From assembly GCA_002633005.1 (NCBI GenBank), contig NMRA01000381.1:59057-123056 (forward strand): a stretch of 64,000 bases of DNA, read 5' to 3'. This DNA comes from Phoronis australis (Eukaryota; Animalia; Phoronida). Made by a program: the position numbers and the translations under genes. The notes below the pieces were generated by a model. It saw only the letters and a program-made list of their open reading frames with translations, made no database searches and was not told the origin of the DNA. Shown in pieces: positions 1 to 13,700 of this stretch; position 1 is the first letter of the stretch; the number at the start of each line of letters is the position of its first letter.

Positions 1-837
1 GAAATCTGTTAACCAGTTTGACTGAGATGCAATAAGCGAAAAACAAAATTTGACTAGGCGTTTTTTTATTACTTCAAGATCATACACAAACATACATTAT
101 TGCCAACGTTTGAATTCAGAAATAGACAGGCAGCAACGAAATCGGTAACCCAGTAAGGCACTTGTACTGTCCCTTCGGTCGCCCCACATCCTCTATAACC
201 CGGCAGTTATATTCATCAAAATATTGAGAATCAATTTGACATCTTTCGTGAGTTGTGAGATTTGTTCAAAATACGAGAGCTTCCCACCTTAATAGAATTT
301 GGAGGGTTGGCAAAACCATTGTCACATTTCTCTGGCCTGATTTTTTCGAATATATGTTTTATCTAGTGCACTGCAGACGGAAACTCAGCGCGGCAGACAA
401 AGTCGCTGAAAGCGGAGGTTTTGACGCCGGCAACGTTCTTAAACTTTGCAAACATGGGAAGAAAATAAAGTGACAAAAAGGTTCAAGTATTATATTTTGA
501 AGTGAGTTCATGACCCAAGACAATAACTCGTTACCTGTATTGTAATTCAGATTGCTAAACCACCGTCTCAGAGTCCCGGCATCGTTGCACTCATTGTGAT
601 CGTCGATCTTTTTCTAAAAGACGGGGAATCGCGCGTTTCCTTAGCACTAGGCGCTAAATCTTCATTCTTTAAAAGTCGGGGATGGGTGCTTAACCGAGAG
701 GTGGGCGCTTAACTGGAAATCTTCAAAAATCGCAGGGGGGCGCTTAACTGAGCAGTGGGCGGTTAAATCGAAAATCCACCTAAAGTAGGGGGTGGGCGGT
801 TAACTGAGCATGGGCGTTAACCCGAACGATTACAGTA
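1..837. mobile_element. Right part of a Tc2/pogo-type non-autonomous DNA transposon (left boundary not determined)
   Basis: Ends in ...GGGCGTTAACCCGAACGATTACAG-TA after repeated GGGGTGGGCGGTTAACTGAGCATGGGCG subterminal motifs, which resemble the right end of the 3062-4506 element. Confidence 0.6.
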
Positions 838-1724
838 CAAGACACAGGTTTACTGCTGACTGCGTGCTGACAAACTGGATGAAACGCATGTTCACTCTTG
901 TACTCTCACTAATAGCAAAAACAACATTAAAGTGCACAGTTAGAAGGGTCACGTCTGCCACTTTATTGGCAGTCTAAGATAACCCCAAACCTGCAGGCAT
1001 CTTCACTTGTCTAGCACTTATGCAGCCAGACCCTTACTTAAAAGAACACAGAGATACAAGAGATGGAGGAATTTGTTTATTGCTATGTTAATCAATCACT
1101 GCAGTGAGTAAACAAGCTTTGGCATCAATTTTCATTTTAAAACAAATGCGGCTTGTGGGAACACTGAATAAAGGCAGGTGAAAGTCACCCCCATGGACAG
1201 CATGCTAGTCTGGCTAAAATGCTAGACTTTGTTGCCACTCAAGTGGACCTTGTGTACCTCTCACAGTACACCTGCTAGTAAGGTCACACCATTCAAGTGG
1301 ACCTAGTGTAGGTCTCACAGTACACCTGATGTCACAACAATTCTAACTAAACTAATGGAGTTCATTTGTTAAGTAATTATAGCTGTTTGTGTAGTCATGT
1401 GAAGATAAAGTAGATCAGAGATAAGAGAGACAAAGTAAATAATCCTCTAGGACATTCACTACCACCATGCTTAGCACCCCTGGATGTCATGGAGATAATA
1501 GCAGGTATCAGCAGAATGAATGTAGATCAATGCAGTCAAGCTCAAGACAAATAGTTATATTACAAATTCAATACTACTCTCTCAAAAAGGTACAAAAACA
1601 TATACACCTGACCTAGTCTTCAAAAGATTAGGCCCACACTATTTTTGGTGGCCAGCGACTTACAATGCAACAGAAAACTTTAGTTATATTAGAGTGACGA
1701 CTGTCAGAATGACACTTGAGAAAG

Positions 1725-2145
1725 AGAGATACACTAGGTGAGACTGAGACAGTGAGCAAGAGGTACTAGTTAGATTGAGATAGAGAGCAAGAGAGACTAG
1801 GTGAGATTGAGATTGTGAGCAAGAGAGAGGAGAAACTAGGTAAGATTGAGATTGTGAGCAAGAGAGAGGAGAGACTAGGTGAGATTGAGATTGTGAGCAA
1901 GAGAGAGGAGAGACTAGGTAAGATTGAGATTGTGAGCAAGAGAGAGGAGAGAGAGACTAGGTAAGATTGAGATTGTGAGCAAGAGAGAGGAGAGACTAGG
2001 TAAGATTGAGACGGTGAACAAGAGAGAGACAATAGGTGAGACTTGAGACAGTGAGCAAGACAGACACTACTGAGGTGAGATTGAGACGGTGAGAAAGACA
2101 GACACTACTGAGGTGAGATTGAGACGGTGAGAAAGACAGAGTGAG
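1725..2145. repeat. Purine-rich minisatellite, ~36-43-bp unit
   Basis: GAGACTAGGT(A/G)AGATTGAGATTGTGAGCAAGAGAGAGGA repeated ~10 times, degenerate at the edges. Confidence 0.9.
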
Positions 2146-2199
2146 CAAAACAACATTGTAATTACACTAAATATGAAGAATTTCCAATGTCTACTTTTG

Positions 2200-4530
2200 A
2201 GAGTGATTCAGAAAGCCGATTCGGATACATCGAAAAATGCCAGAGCTATGGACCTATAAACAGACTGTCAAAGTGCAAATGAAGCCAGATATGCTCTCCT
2301 CAATAGGAACACATCAGCCACCTTCTATCATGATTCCTCAAGAAGTTTGGAAGACACAAAAACAAAAGAATGGCCACTAGGGGCCGCAACATCTCAAACA
2401 GGCCCCGTGCTGTAGCCTACGCGAAAGTAACTGATTTGTCAAATTTCATGAACATCCATTAAGGAACCTGGAAGATATCAAACGCAAAGAAAAACAAAAT
2501 TGTCTCTAGGCGACACTGCAGTAGTGAGATTTGTCTCTCCAAATCCATATCAGTTGTACTCTGACATAAGATTCGCCAAGGAAGTTGCATTGAGTCTCAG
2601 GCAAATAATAAAATTAGAGCAAGAGGGTACCACAGCAGTCAGATCTGATCGTCAGCCATGAACTTCCAAGTAGGAACACATATGCCAATTTTCATGATGC
2701 TCCTTAGAGTGATTTGGCCAATAGAGAGGCATCATACACCAAAAACCAGACTCAAACATAATAAAAGTGGCCACAAAGTGACATACATTATGTCGCATCT
2801 ATCCAAAAATGAGAAAAAGTCACAGTCTCCTTAATGTCATGAACATATGTCAAGGTACCCTGAAGATACAGAGGAAGCGTAAAAAATAAAATTATCTCTA
2901 GGGGGACAGGGGTAGTCAGATCTGCACTAAAATTTCCCCATGCCGTCTCATATATGATAGAACATGTCTGCAAAATTCCACGAACATCCAGCAATGGGTT
3001 TTGGAGATACAGCTGCACATGCCAGACGGACGGGGATGGTGGAATAATGCACCCACATGTACCGTACTCGTCCGAGTTACCGCGCAGGGCACTTAAATTG
3101 GGAATCTAAAAAAACAGGGGGTGGGTGGTAAGCCGAGCATGGGCAGTTAAAATCAAAATTTTTGAAAAGTCGGAAGTTGTTGCTTACTGCACGGAGGACA
3201 GATTTTACCCGAACGGAGCTACATTGACATCGGACTTCCAAGCGTATCAGTTAAAATATAGGTCGGGGGATTGAAGTGACGGACTTCAACGGCTTGCACA
3301 CACGATACAGTGGCATCGTGATCCTGAGCGTGATTGGGTTTTTACGTACCTCGGTGGCTGCTCGTCATCTCTTAGAAATAAGGTATTCCTACAGGTAGGC
3401 ATGCATTCAGAAGGGCAAGTTTCTTGAAAGAAAGGACAGATCAAACAAGACTCCACTAGTCCGTGGAGCATTTTTAAGGGAAGCACTTGATTGTGTAAAG
3501 ATTAGCTTGCCCTGTACACTTAGGCAACCAAGCAGGTGCCAATGATTGACAGGTCTTCTTCAGTACTGAACTTAGGCAACCAAGCAGGTGCTAATGATTG
3601 ACAGGTCTTCTTATTGAATGCTTTGAACTATGTAACATTTTATATACATTGTATATTTCTTTTTGAGTTCAAAGCCAACACCGCTGTCGTTCAAAGCACA
3701 TGCTCAACAATCGGACAATACTACTATTAGCCAATAGGGGTACTTGGTCAGTTGCTAAAATAATGAAGCAAAAACACATCTTGTAAAAAGTCATCAGCCA
3801 AATTAAAAGGTCAAAAAATAAGTTTTTGACCACGTAGAACGTGGACAGAATGTTTGACTTGCGCTAATGACAAGTTGATTTTTGCGCTCTTGCCTTTGGT
3901 TGGGTGCTTTCATTTTGGTGTAAGGAGTGAGTCATTAAAAACATGCGCTTAACCAAGACGGGAACAGCGACATAAGTTGGCTTGTTACAATGCCATGAAC
4001 CATGTCTTTTCTTAATATTTTAATGCTCAGGGTGGTTATGTTTTGTGTACTGTCACAGGGAATCACAGAAAGGTTGGCCACGGATGTGATATCCCTGTCG
4101 AGTACTGCTTTGCTGGTTCTTCTACAGCAAATGAAATACATTCGACAAGCGCCATCTCAGTGATCAGTACATGCCGAAACGAGTTCCGCGCGAGCCAAAT
4201 GAAACAATTGTGTCTCCTTCAGTAAAGGGCATGAGAATATGGGCATTTTACCACCATAGTAAGGCAAGGTCCCAGTTCTGCTAAAACTGATTGATTGTCA
4301 CAGAAAGGTAACCGAGTTGCGCACAGTTTGGAGTCTTAATTTTGTACGATGAACGTTCACAGAAGCACAGATACTTTTACGGAAGTCTCAATCATGAAAA
4401 ATTGGGGGTGAGCATTAAGTCGAGCATGGGCACTTAAAAATAAAAAATTGAAATTTTCAGGGGTGGGCGGTAAGCCGAGCATGGGCCGTAAACCGGACGA
4501 GTACGGTAGATAATTATGAGAGTGCATAAA
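2200..4530 (+). mobile_element. Helentron-like (HINE) repeat, copy 1; 5'-degenerate and interrupted by the TcMar element
   Basis: Same subunits as the other copies (AAAATGGCCACTAGG..., CAAATTTCATGAA) and the CAGACGGACGG 3' block; the terminal hairpin ATAATGCACCCACATG..GTGCATAAA is split by the 3062-4506 insertion. Left boundary approximate. Confidence 0.65.
3062..4506. mobile_element. Tc2/pogo-type (TcMar) non-autonomous DNA transposon with TA target duplication
   Basis: TA|CCGTACTCGTCCG at 3060-3074 and CGGACGAGTACGG|TA at 4494-4508 form a perfect TIR; repeated GGGTGGG(C/T)GGTAAGCCGAGCATGGGC subterminal motifs at both ends. Confidence 0.85.
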
Positions 4531-4778
4531 GTGGATGTCACAGTGTCACCTTGGGTTTTTCAACTAAAAACCATAGCCTCAAAGCAGTTAAAGAGGCACA
4601 TAGTGAGTGTAAATTTTATGTCGGACCAGAAATGTGGTCCACAGTGTGTGAACAATTTTGCGAGCAAGAACTGTTCATAAGACAGTCACAAATTCCATTT
4701 CAAGAAGTAGTAACTTACTAAATACCAACAATTAAACTTCAGTGTTTACCATTTATCCAACAGTTGGAGTGAACTTAC

Positions 4779-7700
4779 TCTTTTCAATGAGTCTTTTTGC
4801 CACATCATAATGACTGTTTTCCACAGCCAGGTGTAAGGCGGTTGATTTGTCTGTATCTTGATCGGTGACCATTCGCGAGATGGTGACCCAGCCATCGAGC
4901 TTCTCTGCGGCATTCAACAGTAAATTGACAATTTCTAAGTTGCCTTCAGCGGCAGCCAAATGCAAAGGAGTAGAGCTTTCTTCATCTATGCAGCGAAGAT
5001 TGGCACCTGCTTCAATCAACAGCTTGGCCACACCTGGCTGATTGTGACTGGCTGCCATATGCAATGCTGTCGTCTGCTGTTTATCTACTGCCTGAAATGC
5101 ACAATTCATAATTAGAAAATCTCCAAACAGTCTTCTGATGGCACAAGTAACAAGAGTAACGCGGAGTGTTGAAATGCGCCCACGAATGTATCGCAAATGG
5201 TGTGCTTTTAAGTTATTTGTATCATAAAAATGGCCACTAGATGGCGCAAAAACGTACAATCCATCCAAAAATGGGAACATGCCATATTTCATAAAAATCT
5301 GTCAAGGAACTTCAGAGAAACAAAGGAAAACAGAACAAAATGAAATTGCCACTTGTGGGCACAGCGTCCGTTCCATCCGCCTGAAAGTCGTCGTCTGTTA
5401 TCTTCATATAAATTCACTTACTAAATTTAATAAAGATCCTGCAGTGGGTTTTGAAGATACAGCTGTAGGCACAAAACAAAACAAAACTACCACTAGGAGG
5501 CACCACATCAAACGTCCTCTTCACACTGAAAAACATGTACGCCAATTTTCAAAACCATTCCTAGAATAATTTGGTTGATCGAGGGGTGGACGTCAAAAAC
5601 AAGATTTGAAAACAGCAAAAATGGCCACCAGGTGGCGCAAAATACCTCGATCCATTCCAAAAACAGGATGATAGTGTCATCTCACCAATAGATGCCTATA
5701 ATCAAAATCTTATGAAAATCTGTTGAGAACCTTTGAAGATACAGACTGGTAAACATAAAAAACTAAAATTGCCACTAGGATGCACACCAGAAGTCAGATC
5801 CGTCCGAAAGTCGACATCCATTATTGTCAACATCATATAAATACACCTGCTAAATTAAGTAAAGATCCTGCAAACGGTTTAATAGATACAGCCATGAGCG
5901 CAAAAACAACAAAACTGCCACTAGGAGGCGCCACAGTAGTTGACCTCATGGGAAAATTGTCGTCAACCGTCCACTTCATAGTAAAAACATACATGCAAAT
6001 TTCCACAATTATCCTGAAAGGCATTTGGTTAATAGACGAGTGGACGCCAAAAAAACAGACTCGAAAACAGTAAAAATGGCCACCAGGTGACGCACACTAC
6101 GTCAAATCCATCCAAAAACGGGAGGATAGCGTCATATCCCTAATAGGTGCCTATGTATCAAATTTAATGAAAATCCGTTCAGGACTTTTGAAGATACAGA
6201 GGTAAACGTAAAAAATTCAAATTGCCACTAAGGGGCACACCGGTAGTCGGATCCGTCCGAAAGTTTGCTCATGCCGTCCCATCCACAGAAGGAACACATG
6301 TGCAAAATTTCATGAACATACATTAAGGCGTTTTGGAGATAGAGCAGCGGACGCCAGACGGACGGAGATGACGGCATAATGCGTCCACATATAAATATGT
6401 GGGCACATAAAAATGTATAGATAACCATGAAAGCTATAGATCATCTCTACTTTCCAACATCTTCAATGTTCATTACCATACTTAGTTGCAACTTTTTTGA
6501 TCAGTTTTGATCTTTCTCATTTGTGGGTTGAAATAAGAAATTAAAGAAAATTCAATGTATAGGCAACTTGTCAATCCATTTGGTTACTTAGGAAAGTCTT
6601 AGTAAGTTACAAGATGCCAACAAGGCAATTCTTCTCAAGATGCAGGTTGGACATAGAATTTATATGTAGCACTGCATTGAGTTTGACAAATTAAATCGAC
6701 ACACAATTAAGCAGTCATGGGAGATAACTTGATGCATTATCAAAAGTAGTTAGTAGTGCTATACAGTAACTAGACAAACCAGGGGAGATAACATGAAATG
6801 CAGGGATTAGTATAATGATCATGATTATTCTTATAATTATTTTCATTACCACTACCATTACTCGTATCAAAACCTTTGCTCAAGCAGCACAAATAAAATG
6901 AAGATACGTGCTTTACAACATGTCACAAATGTTGCCAGGCAAACATGAGATGACTGATAATTCTTACCTCTATTTTTATGTCTCGAAAGCTCAGCAGCTC
7001 TTTTGCAGCCTGTTCGTTTCCTCGCATAGCAGCAAAATGAAGAGGTGTACACTCATACGCATCACGTGCATTGATATTTGCACCAAAATCAACAAGCACA
7101 GAGAAAATCTTGGGCACCTCAAGGTCACCAGCTATTGAGGCTCCGTCTGCATCATCACTAGATGGCAGCAGCTGTCAAATAACAATGAACAATGTCTACT
7201 TCATAACAAAAATTGTATCAAATATCTTAGCAAAAGGAAATAACTTAAGTAAAACCCCAAAAAATATCATGTGCAATTAGATATATTTTGTTACTGTGTA
7301 TTTCTAAAAAGCCCCCATGAAATAATGATAATACTTTGGCCATATCATAAAAAGACAGGACAGGGTTAAAGGAATAAACTCATTGATCTGCGTAAATCAC
7401 TACCATTCTGCGTCAAAAGCAATACAATTGTAAGCTGATTTCTAAATCGGATAGTTCACTATCTGAACACCAGATGGAAGGAGAGTGTTGCATTATATGA
7501 TCAAATCTTTCCATCTGGTTGAACCATCTATTGTAGTTGTTGTTCACCTAATAATGTCCCGGCATGCATCGGAACATCCTCTCCGGTAACTGCCATTTTA
7601 ATGAAGGACGTGCAGAGTTTTCTTTACTTTTTATTCATCGCCATCGTCATCATCAAGATGACATCTCCATCTGCATCAATAGAGAGCATGGCTCCCTGAA

Positions 7701-10700
7701 AGACCTTGTATGCAGGGCTGCCAACTGTTACATATTTTTACTTAACAATGACTATGGAAGCGCTTGATCAAGGCAGAAAGTACCAAAAAGTGACGGAAAC
7801 AGTCGAGAACGCAAGATCCCAACAATAATACTTATTTTGAGTACCAGTGCATAATGCAACTTGCATTCGAACAGTACATAACGCAACTTGCATACGAACA
7901 CTGCATAATGCAATTGAACTTGCATTCGAACAGTGCATAACGCAACTTGCAAACAAAATTTCCCTTTTGTGATTGGTCATTTGCACTTTGTGAAGGACTG
8001 ACCTAGGAAAAATGTGCTTACTTGTTCTTGCACTGTGGGATATCACACGCTTTGGACATCGTGTATGTCGAGAGTGAAATTTTGGAACTAGATCACATTT
8101 GGAAAATGGGAAAGAAATTAACCGCAATTCATCACACAGTCAATGTTGAGAGCCTTGTAACACCGGCATGGATTCAGAATTAAGAGATAACGAGATTTAT
8201 GAGGCTGTGGTAGAGTGGGAAGAAATCAAACATGTCGACAGCAAAAACCAAAAAAACATTGATGCGACGAGCTGAGTTCTTACGTAATGATCATTTTAAG
8301 TTATAAGTTTTTTACCGGAATTAAAATTTGTTGTTTTGGTGTGTATTGATCTATCGCGTGACTGAAATATAAACTGTCTGAAAATGTTAGAAGTCATCCA
8401 AGTTTTCAGTTGCAAAATAACGTGAATGTTACAGATTATGTCCAGACTGGGTTGGCAGCCCTGTGTATGTCTTATGGCTTTAACAATATGACAAATCAAT
8501 GTTGATACTATGGGCAAGATGCCTCTACATAGCAGTACTGACACAATGTAGTGACTGTGGCCAAGATGTCTCTACATAGCAGTATTGCCACACCACAATA
8601 CAATGACTGTTGTTGGCGTAAGGAGTGCACGGACCCTTCTAAGAAACTGGCCTTAGATCATTTTTGACTTGTGTCTAAGATTTGCCTCACCTTCCAAACT
8701 TTGAAACTTCCACATCCGCTAAGTTAGTCGAGCTTAAGACAAAACTTAGTCAAAAACTTAGTCAAAAACTTAAGTCAAACTTAAAATCACTTCCTTGGAA
8801 CGGACTTAAGAAAATTTGAATTTTTATCTTAAAATTGGAAAGTTGGAACCACATATTCATTCCATGTGTTAACTGGGAGAGACAATCTTCTAGGAATAAC
8901 AATGGCTAACCAACATTTCCCAAAAATACAGAGCTTTTTGGCACATATTTAAATTTGATTAAAACTGATTTGATAAAACAATGAATCTTTTTACTCTCGT
9001 GTTAGAAAAGTACAAAACTAAATAGCAACTCATTTGCTGTAAATGAACCTGCATTTTAGGACAACCCTGGCCTGTTTGGTAAACATTGGCTGATAGTTAA
9101 GGAACTGGAGCTATGACATATTAATACACTAAAGATGACCAGGTAAAACTGATGCTTGCTATATCCCAGAACTGACTGTGATTACAAAGTGCTGTAGTGA
9201 TATCCAGCACACACAAGCACTCTCATGCTCTCTGAGCAGTACCTGAGTGCTTGACACAGATGCAACAATGCCATTTGTGAGACTCATTGATTTCATACGA
9301 ACCTTAGACTTGAGTAAACATCACTTATAGGAAAAGTAATCAACAGGGAAACTGTGTTGATATCAATTTGTTAATCATCGACCTATAACTGGTTTACACT
9401 GTACACTACTTCCAAGGTTCGTTATTGCTAACAGGTACCAAGGAACAACTAAAAAGCGCTGAAATGTCGTTACGTTAAAAAGTCTTCAGTATGGGACACA
9501 ATATGGCGCAAAGGTGAAATTTCAATTTGTAAAATTTCTCAAGAAAAATAACTTTTCAGGAAAATTTACTTTGCTTATAAGATAGTTTGTATGTCGTAGC
9601 TATTACCAAACTCAGTAAAATTGTAAGCATTCACAACAATAAGGTAAACTGCTGAAAAGTAACAATATGGCAAAATTAGCAATTGTGTTTATTCCAAATT
9701 GAAGATAAATTTTTACTATAAATTACGATGGTTGAAAAAATATACAGCGTGGGCACTTTAGTGACGGTTATGACTGCAGTGTTACAGAGCAATACCGACA
9801 ACAATCAAAACATGAAAGATAATTTCAGAATCTTAAGATATTACATCATAGTCAGGTATACTATAAATAGTCCAAGACTACAGCTGTTAGCAGCCTTAAT
9901 GAGCTAATTCCTTTTTCCAGCAGATAGCACACATGAAGTAAGGATGTCTAGTCGTGGTCAATGAATGAATGAATGATTCCAGGCATCAGTAAGACATCAG
10001 CTTGGACAGCATGCTAATTACAAGCACTTCACAATACAGCAGTAATTTCTATATTTTGGACAGCCTCACCAATTTCTGACACTACATAACTGGAAAATGA
10101 GAAACTTTCATTGTTGTTGATGAGACAAAAATTTTTTACCATATCAAAGCATTTCCCATCATCTTTTGATTCAAAATTGAGAAAATGGCTCCAAACTACT
10201 ATCACAAAAAACTATATTTTCAAGTCAGGAGTATACCACACCAGTATTAAAACATGTCAAATTAGTACATAATCTAGAACGCAGGTAAAACAAAAGTGTT
10301 GAATTAGTATTAATCCAATATTTTCAAATCATCCAAGTTATTCAGTATATTGATTCTGGCAAGGAAGGTGGCTTCACAATCAAAACAAAAGAGGTACAAT
10401 CATAACAATTGCATAATTGGTCTAGATTAAAATTTCCCTATTTCAAGTTCAAGTACCACTATATAGATCCAATAATATTTTAAAAGAGTAATCTTTGTTA
10501 CCCCATATTTGAATTGGCAAGTATTCTGTTTTCTTATTAACAACATTTATAAAATGATATGAAGTAATGAACAGTTTACATGGGCTTTAATAAAAAGTAG
10601 GCAAGGAGACTGATGCCTTTTGTGATGTACCAGATGTACTTAGACCACAAGGCCCATTGCACTAATCACCTGATTATGACTCATGGGAACCCTCAGCTTG

Positions 10701-13700
10701 GGGCACCTCATGGGTAAAGTCTTCCAATCTCCCAGTTTTCCTCAGGAGGTTGGAAAGACTAGTAGTAAACCTGAATAATCAAGCGATTTCTTCCAAGCAA
10801 ATTATCTGTACATCAATTGGTAGATTGCGAATCCTTTGATAGGCAGAGCAAATTTTACTAAATAACACTGAGGAGCGTCAGCCTTCATGCCACACTTTGG
10901 GCTGCGTCTGCATGTCATGTGGCCTGTGATGTTTGGATGGCAACATGGTTGCAGGGCCCAGTAACAATGTGGATCACCTGCCAAATACCAAGCCTAAGCA
11001 TAAGAGCCTCTCAGAACACTTCGGTTTAATGGGGCTTGAAAATATTTGCTTTGTTTGTCTGCAAGTGGAACGCTTCCTGCAAGCATCTGCATACAATTGA
11101 GCACCCACTGTTTCAACTTCGTTTTGCAGCACCCGTAGGAAACTGGAATACAGCCAGGGACTGGTGCATAGCAGACTGTATTTGCAGCACCCGTAGGAAA
11201 CTGGAATACAGCCAGGGACTGGTACATAGCAGACTGTATTTGCAGCTTTGACCCTGTTGACAAAGACACTTTGTCCAGTCGCCAACTGATATGCTCATCC
11301 ACACAGGTCCTGGGACATAACTAAAGTATATTTTGGGCTTGGTGACAGCTTTAATGGCTGCTTGAATGAGAATATAAATAACTCCTTGTCGTCAAGGACT
11401 GCCTCATATTCTCTAGCCAGTTGAGCAGCCTGGTGGATCAACATTACCCAAATATTAGCAATTGTAGAGCAAACACTGACTTCTTGTTGAAATACTTCTG
11501 GAGATGTCATTGGTTTAATTTGTAAGGTAAACAAAGATGTTAAAAAGCATGGAACTTTTAACTTTAATATTTCCATCCAAAATGAAGATGCAAGGTTTAA
11601 CTATAATTACCGCATCGCCTGATCCAGCTTTGTCATCTAGTCTGTTGTCAGACTGAGACTTTTTCATCCGTACTCGTTTGTAGCGAGCTGCAAAGTGAAG
11701 GGGGGTCGCATCGTCCTCTCCCAAGTTGTTGGCATCTAAAAATAACAAACAGAAATAGGATGTCAATGGGCAGATACACAAAAAACAGGATGTCAATGGA
11801 CAGATAAATGTAGAACTAAGAGGAAAGTGGACATGAAAAGTCTGTGCACTCTACATGTTTATGGCCTGATTTGATTATGTCCTATTTAATAGTTGCTGCA
11901 TTGTTATTGGCATGGTCTACAATTGTTTAATTTTACTTGGTGCTGATAGTAAGAGTACACATTAAGTTGAAAGAAATAGCAATTATAGGCCGTATTCACC
12001 CAGTTGCCATGATAGTAGTAAGCCTCTTTTTAGGTTTAAAACCTAGAAAGAGGCTCACCTTTAAAATGGCGACAGCGTGAATATGGTGTACTCCTTGAAA
12101 TTGAGTCAAGTTTACAAAAACAAAAAATATAATTTAAGATTTCATAGACCACGTCTAGTTCCCAGTAAATTTTGTTCTTTCTTCAGGGATTTAGATTTTT
12201 GGAGTTAATTAATTTTACAGTCTATGGTTGAGTTTGCAACTATTGATTATGTTCAGTTGGATGTCTTACTTAGTGTTTATAGATCAAGCTTAGGCTAATA
12301 TTTACTCAATACATTTGCTGACTAGACAAGCCAAGTCACAATGTGTTTCATCCACAGTCATTTCATCTTATTCAACCTTCATTCATATTGATCACCAACT
12401 TTTAAGACAAGCTATGGAACAGTTGATAGATTATCTTTTAAACTTGTAAATTATGTTGACTAGCATCCCTACCTTCAATTTCATTATTACATTTATCACC
12501 TTTTAAAAGTGCATTGGATGTATATTAATTTATTTTATTTTCAATAACTAGAATTAAAACAAGCAAGAATAACATGAGGTAAAAGAAAACTAATAATTAA
12601 CAAATGTTTCAATTCAGAGACTATCCCTAACTTGGTTACAAAATGCTTGAATTCCGCAGAATCCATTAAATGGAGCTCAGGTCATGTGTACTATTTTTCA
12701 TATTCACAGTAAACATTAGGCCTTTGGGCTTGGTTGGTTTATTTTGATAACCAAACAATGGAATAGGTATGTAAAACAGGTTGAGGAAACAACATGGTGA
12801 TCAGACAAAAATATCATAAGGTCAGTCAGCGATCACAGGTCAGGGTGATCTAGAGTTGTGTGGCCAGGGTATTAAGGAGTTGGTCAACTGCTTGCACAAC
12901 CACCATCAGGGACCTCACTGGTGTTGAAGGCAAAGGGGGCCTGTGCCTTCTTACTGGAGAATTTGAATCACATGGGAGAAAGGGAAGAGCACAATTTACA
13001 TACCACAAAAACCATTGCCACATAATTTCATTTTTAGATTTTTCATTGTCTAAATAATCAAAAGTTTACAAGAGATTTAATTCACTGTTATTAAGAATTA
13101 GTGAGAGGTAACATGAAGCATTAGTAGCAGAATGGAGTACTTCACATACCTGCACCCTTTTCAAGCAGGACCCTCGCGGTGTTATAGTTGTCGTAACGTG
13201 CTGCATAATGTAGTGCCGACAATCCGTTCTCATCGTGTTTGTTGATCTTCTTTCGACCCAAGTTGGTGACAATCTTATTCATCTGAACTGAGTCGCCATC
13301 TCTTGCTGCCTGCAACAAGTACAAACTATATGTATTGCATAAACATGCCTACCATACATATGAAAATGGTGATAACTAGACAGTGTGGCCATCTTCCCAT
13401 TTTAAATGGATCATAGCCAAATTTCGATTAAATACAATAAAGAACAGCTGAATCACACCTGAATGAAAAGTCTCTTGCATGTGAGAAAATGGAAATTACC
13501 TTAAGAATTTAAGATGCATCAATTTTTAATGCTTTTAGGCGTAAGATGACAGTAAAATGACCAGTTTATAATGGGTGGTAATGGACACAAAACTGTTTGG
13601 ATTTTAACCAAATAGTCAGCAGAACCATCACCAGACATAGGGTATTATACCCTGCTAAAACAAAAATTTGAAACTAATTATCATTTGTTTCACGTAATGA

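Noticed and set aside
1766-2032. 88-aa Ser/Leu-rich ORF
   Set aside because: Translation of a purine-rich minisatellite.
5279-6428. Several 60-100-aa ORFs, with similar ones at 35.6-37.1 kb and 46.0-47.1 kb
   Set aside because: Chance ORFs within the HINE repeat subunits.
10974-11576. Overlapping ~100-aa ORFs in a TRPA1 intron
   Set aside because: No ankyrin or other recognisable motifs; partly produced by a 58-bp duplication.
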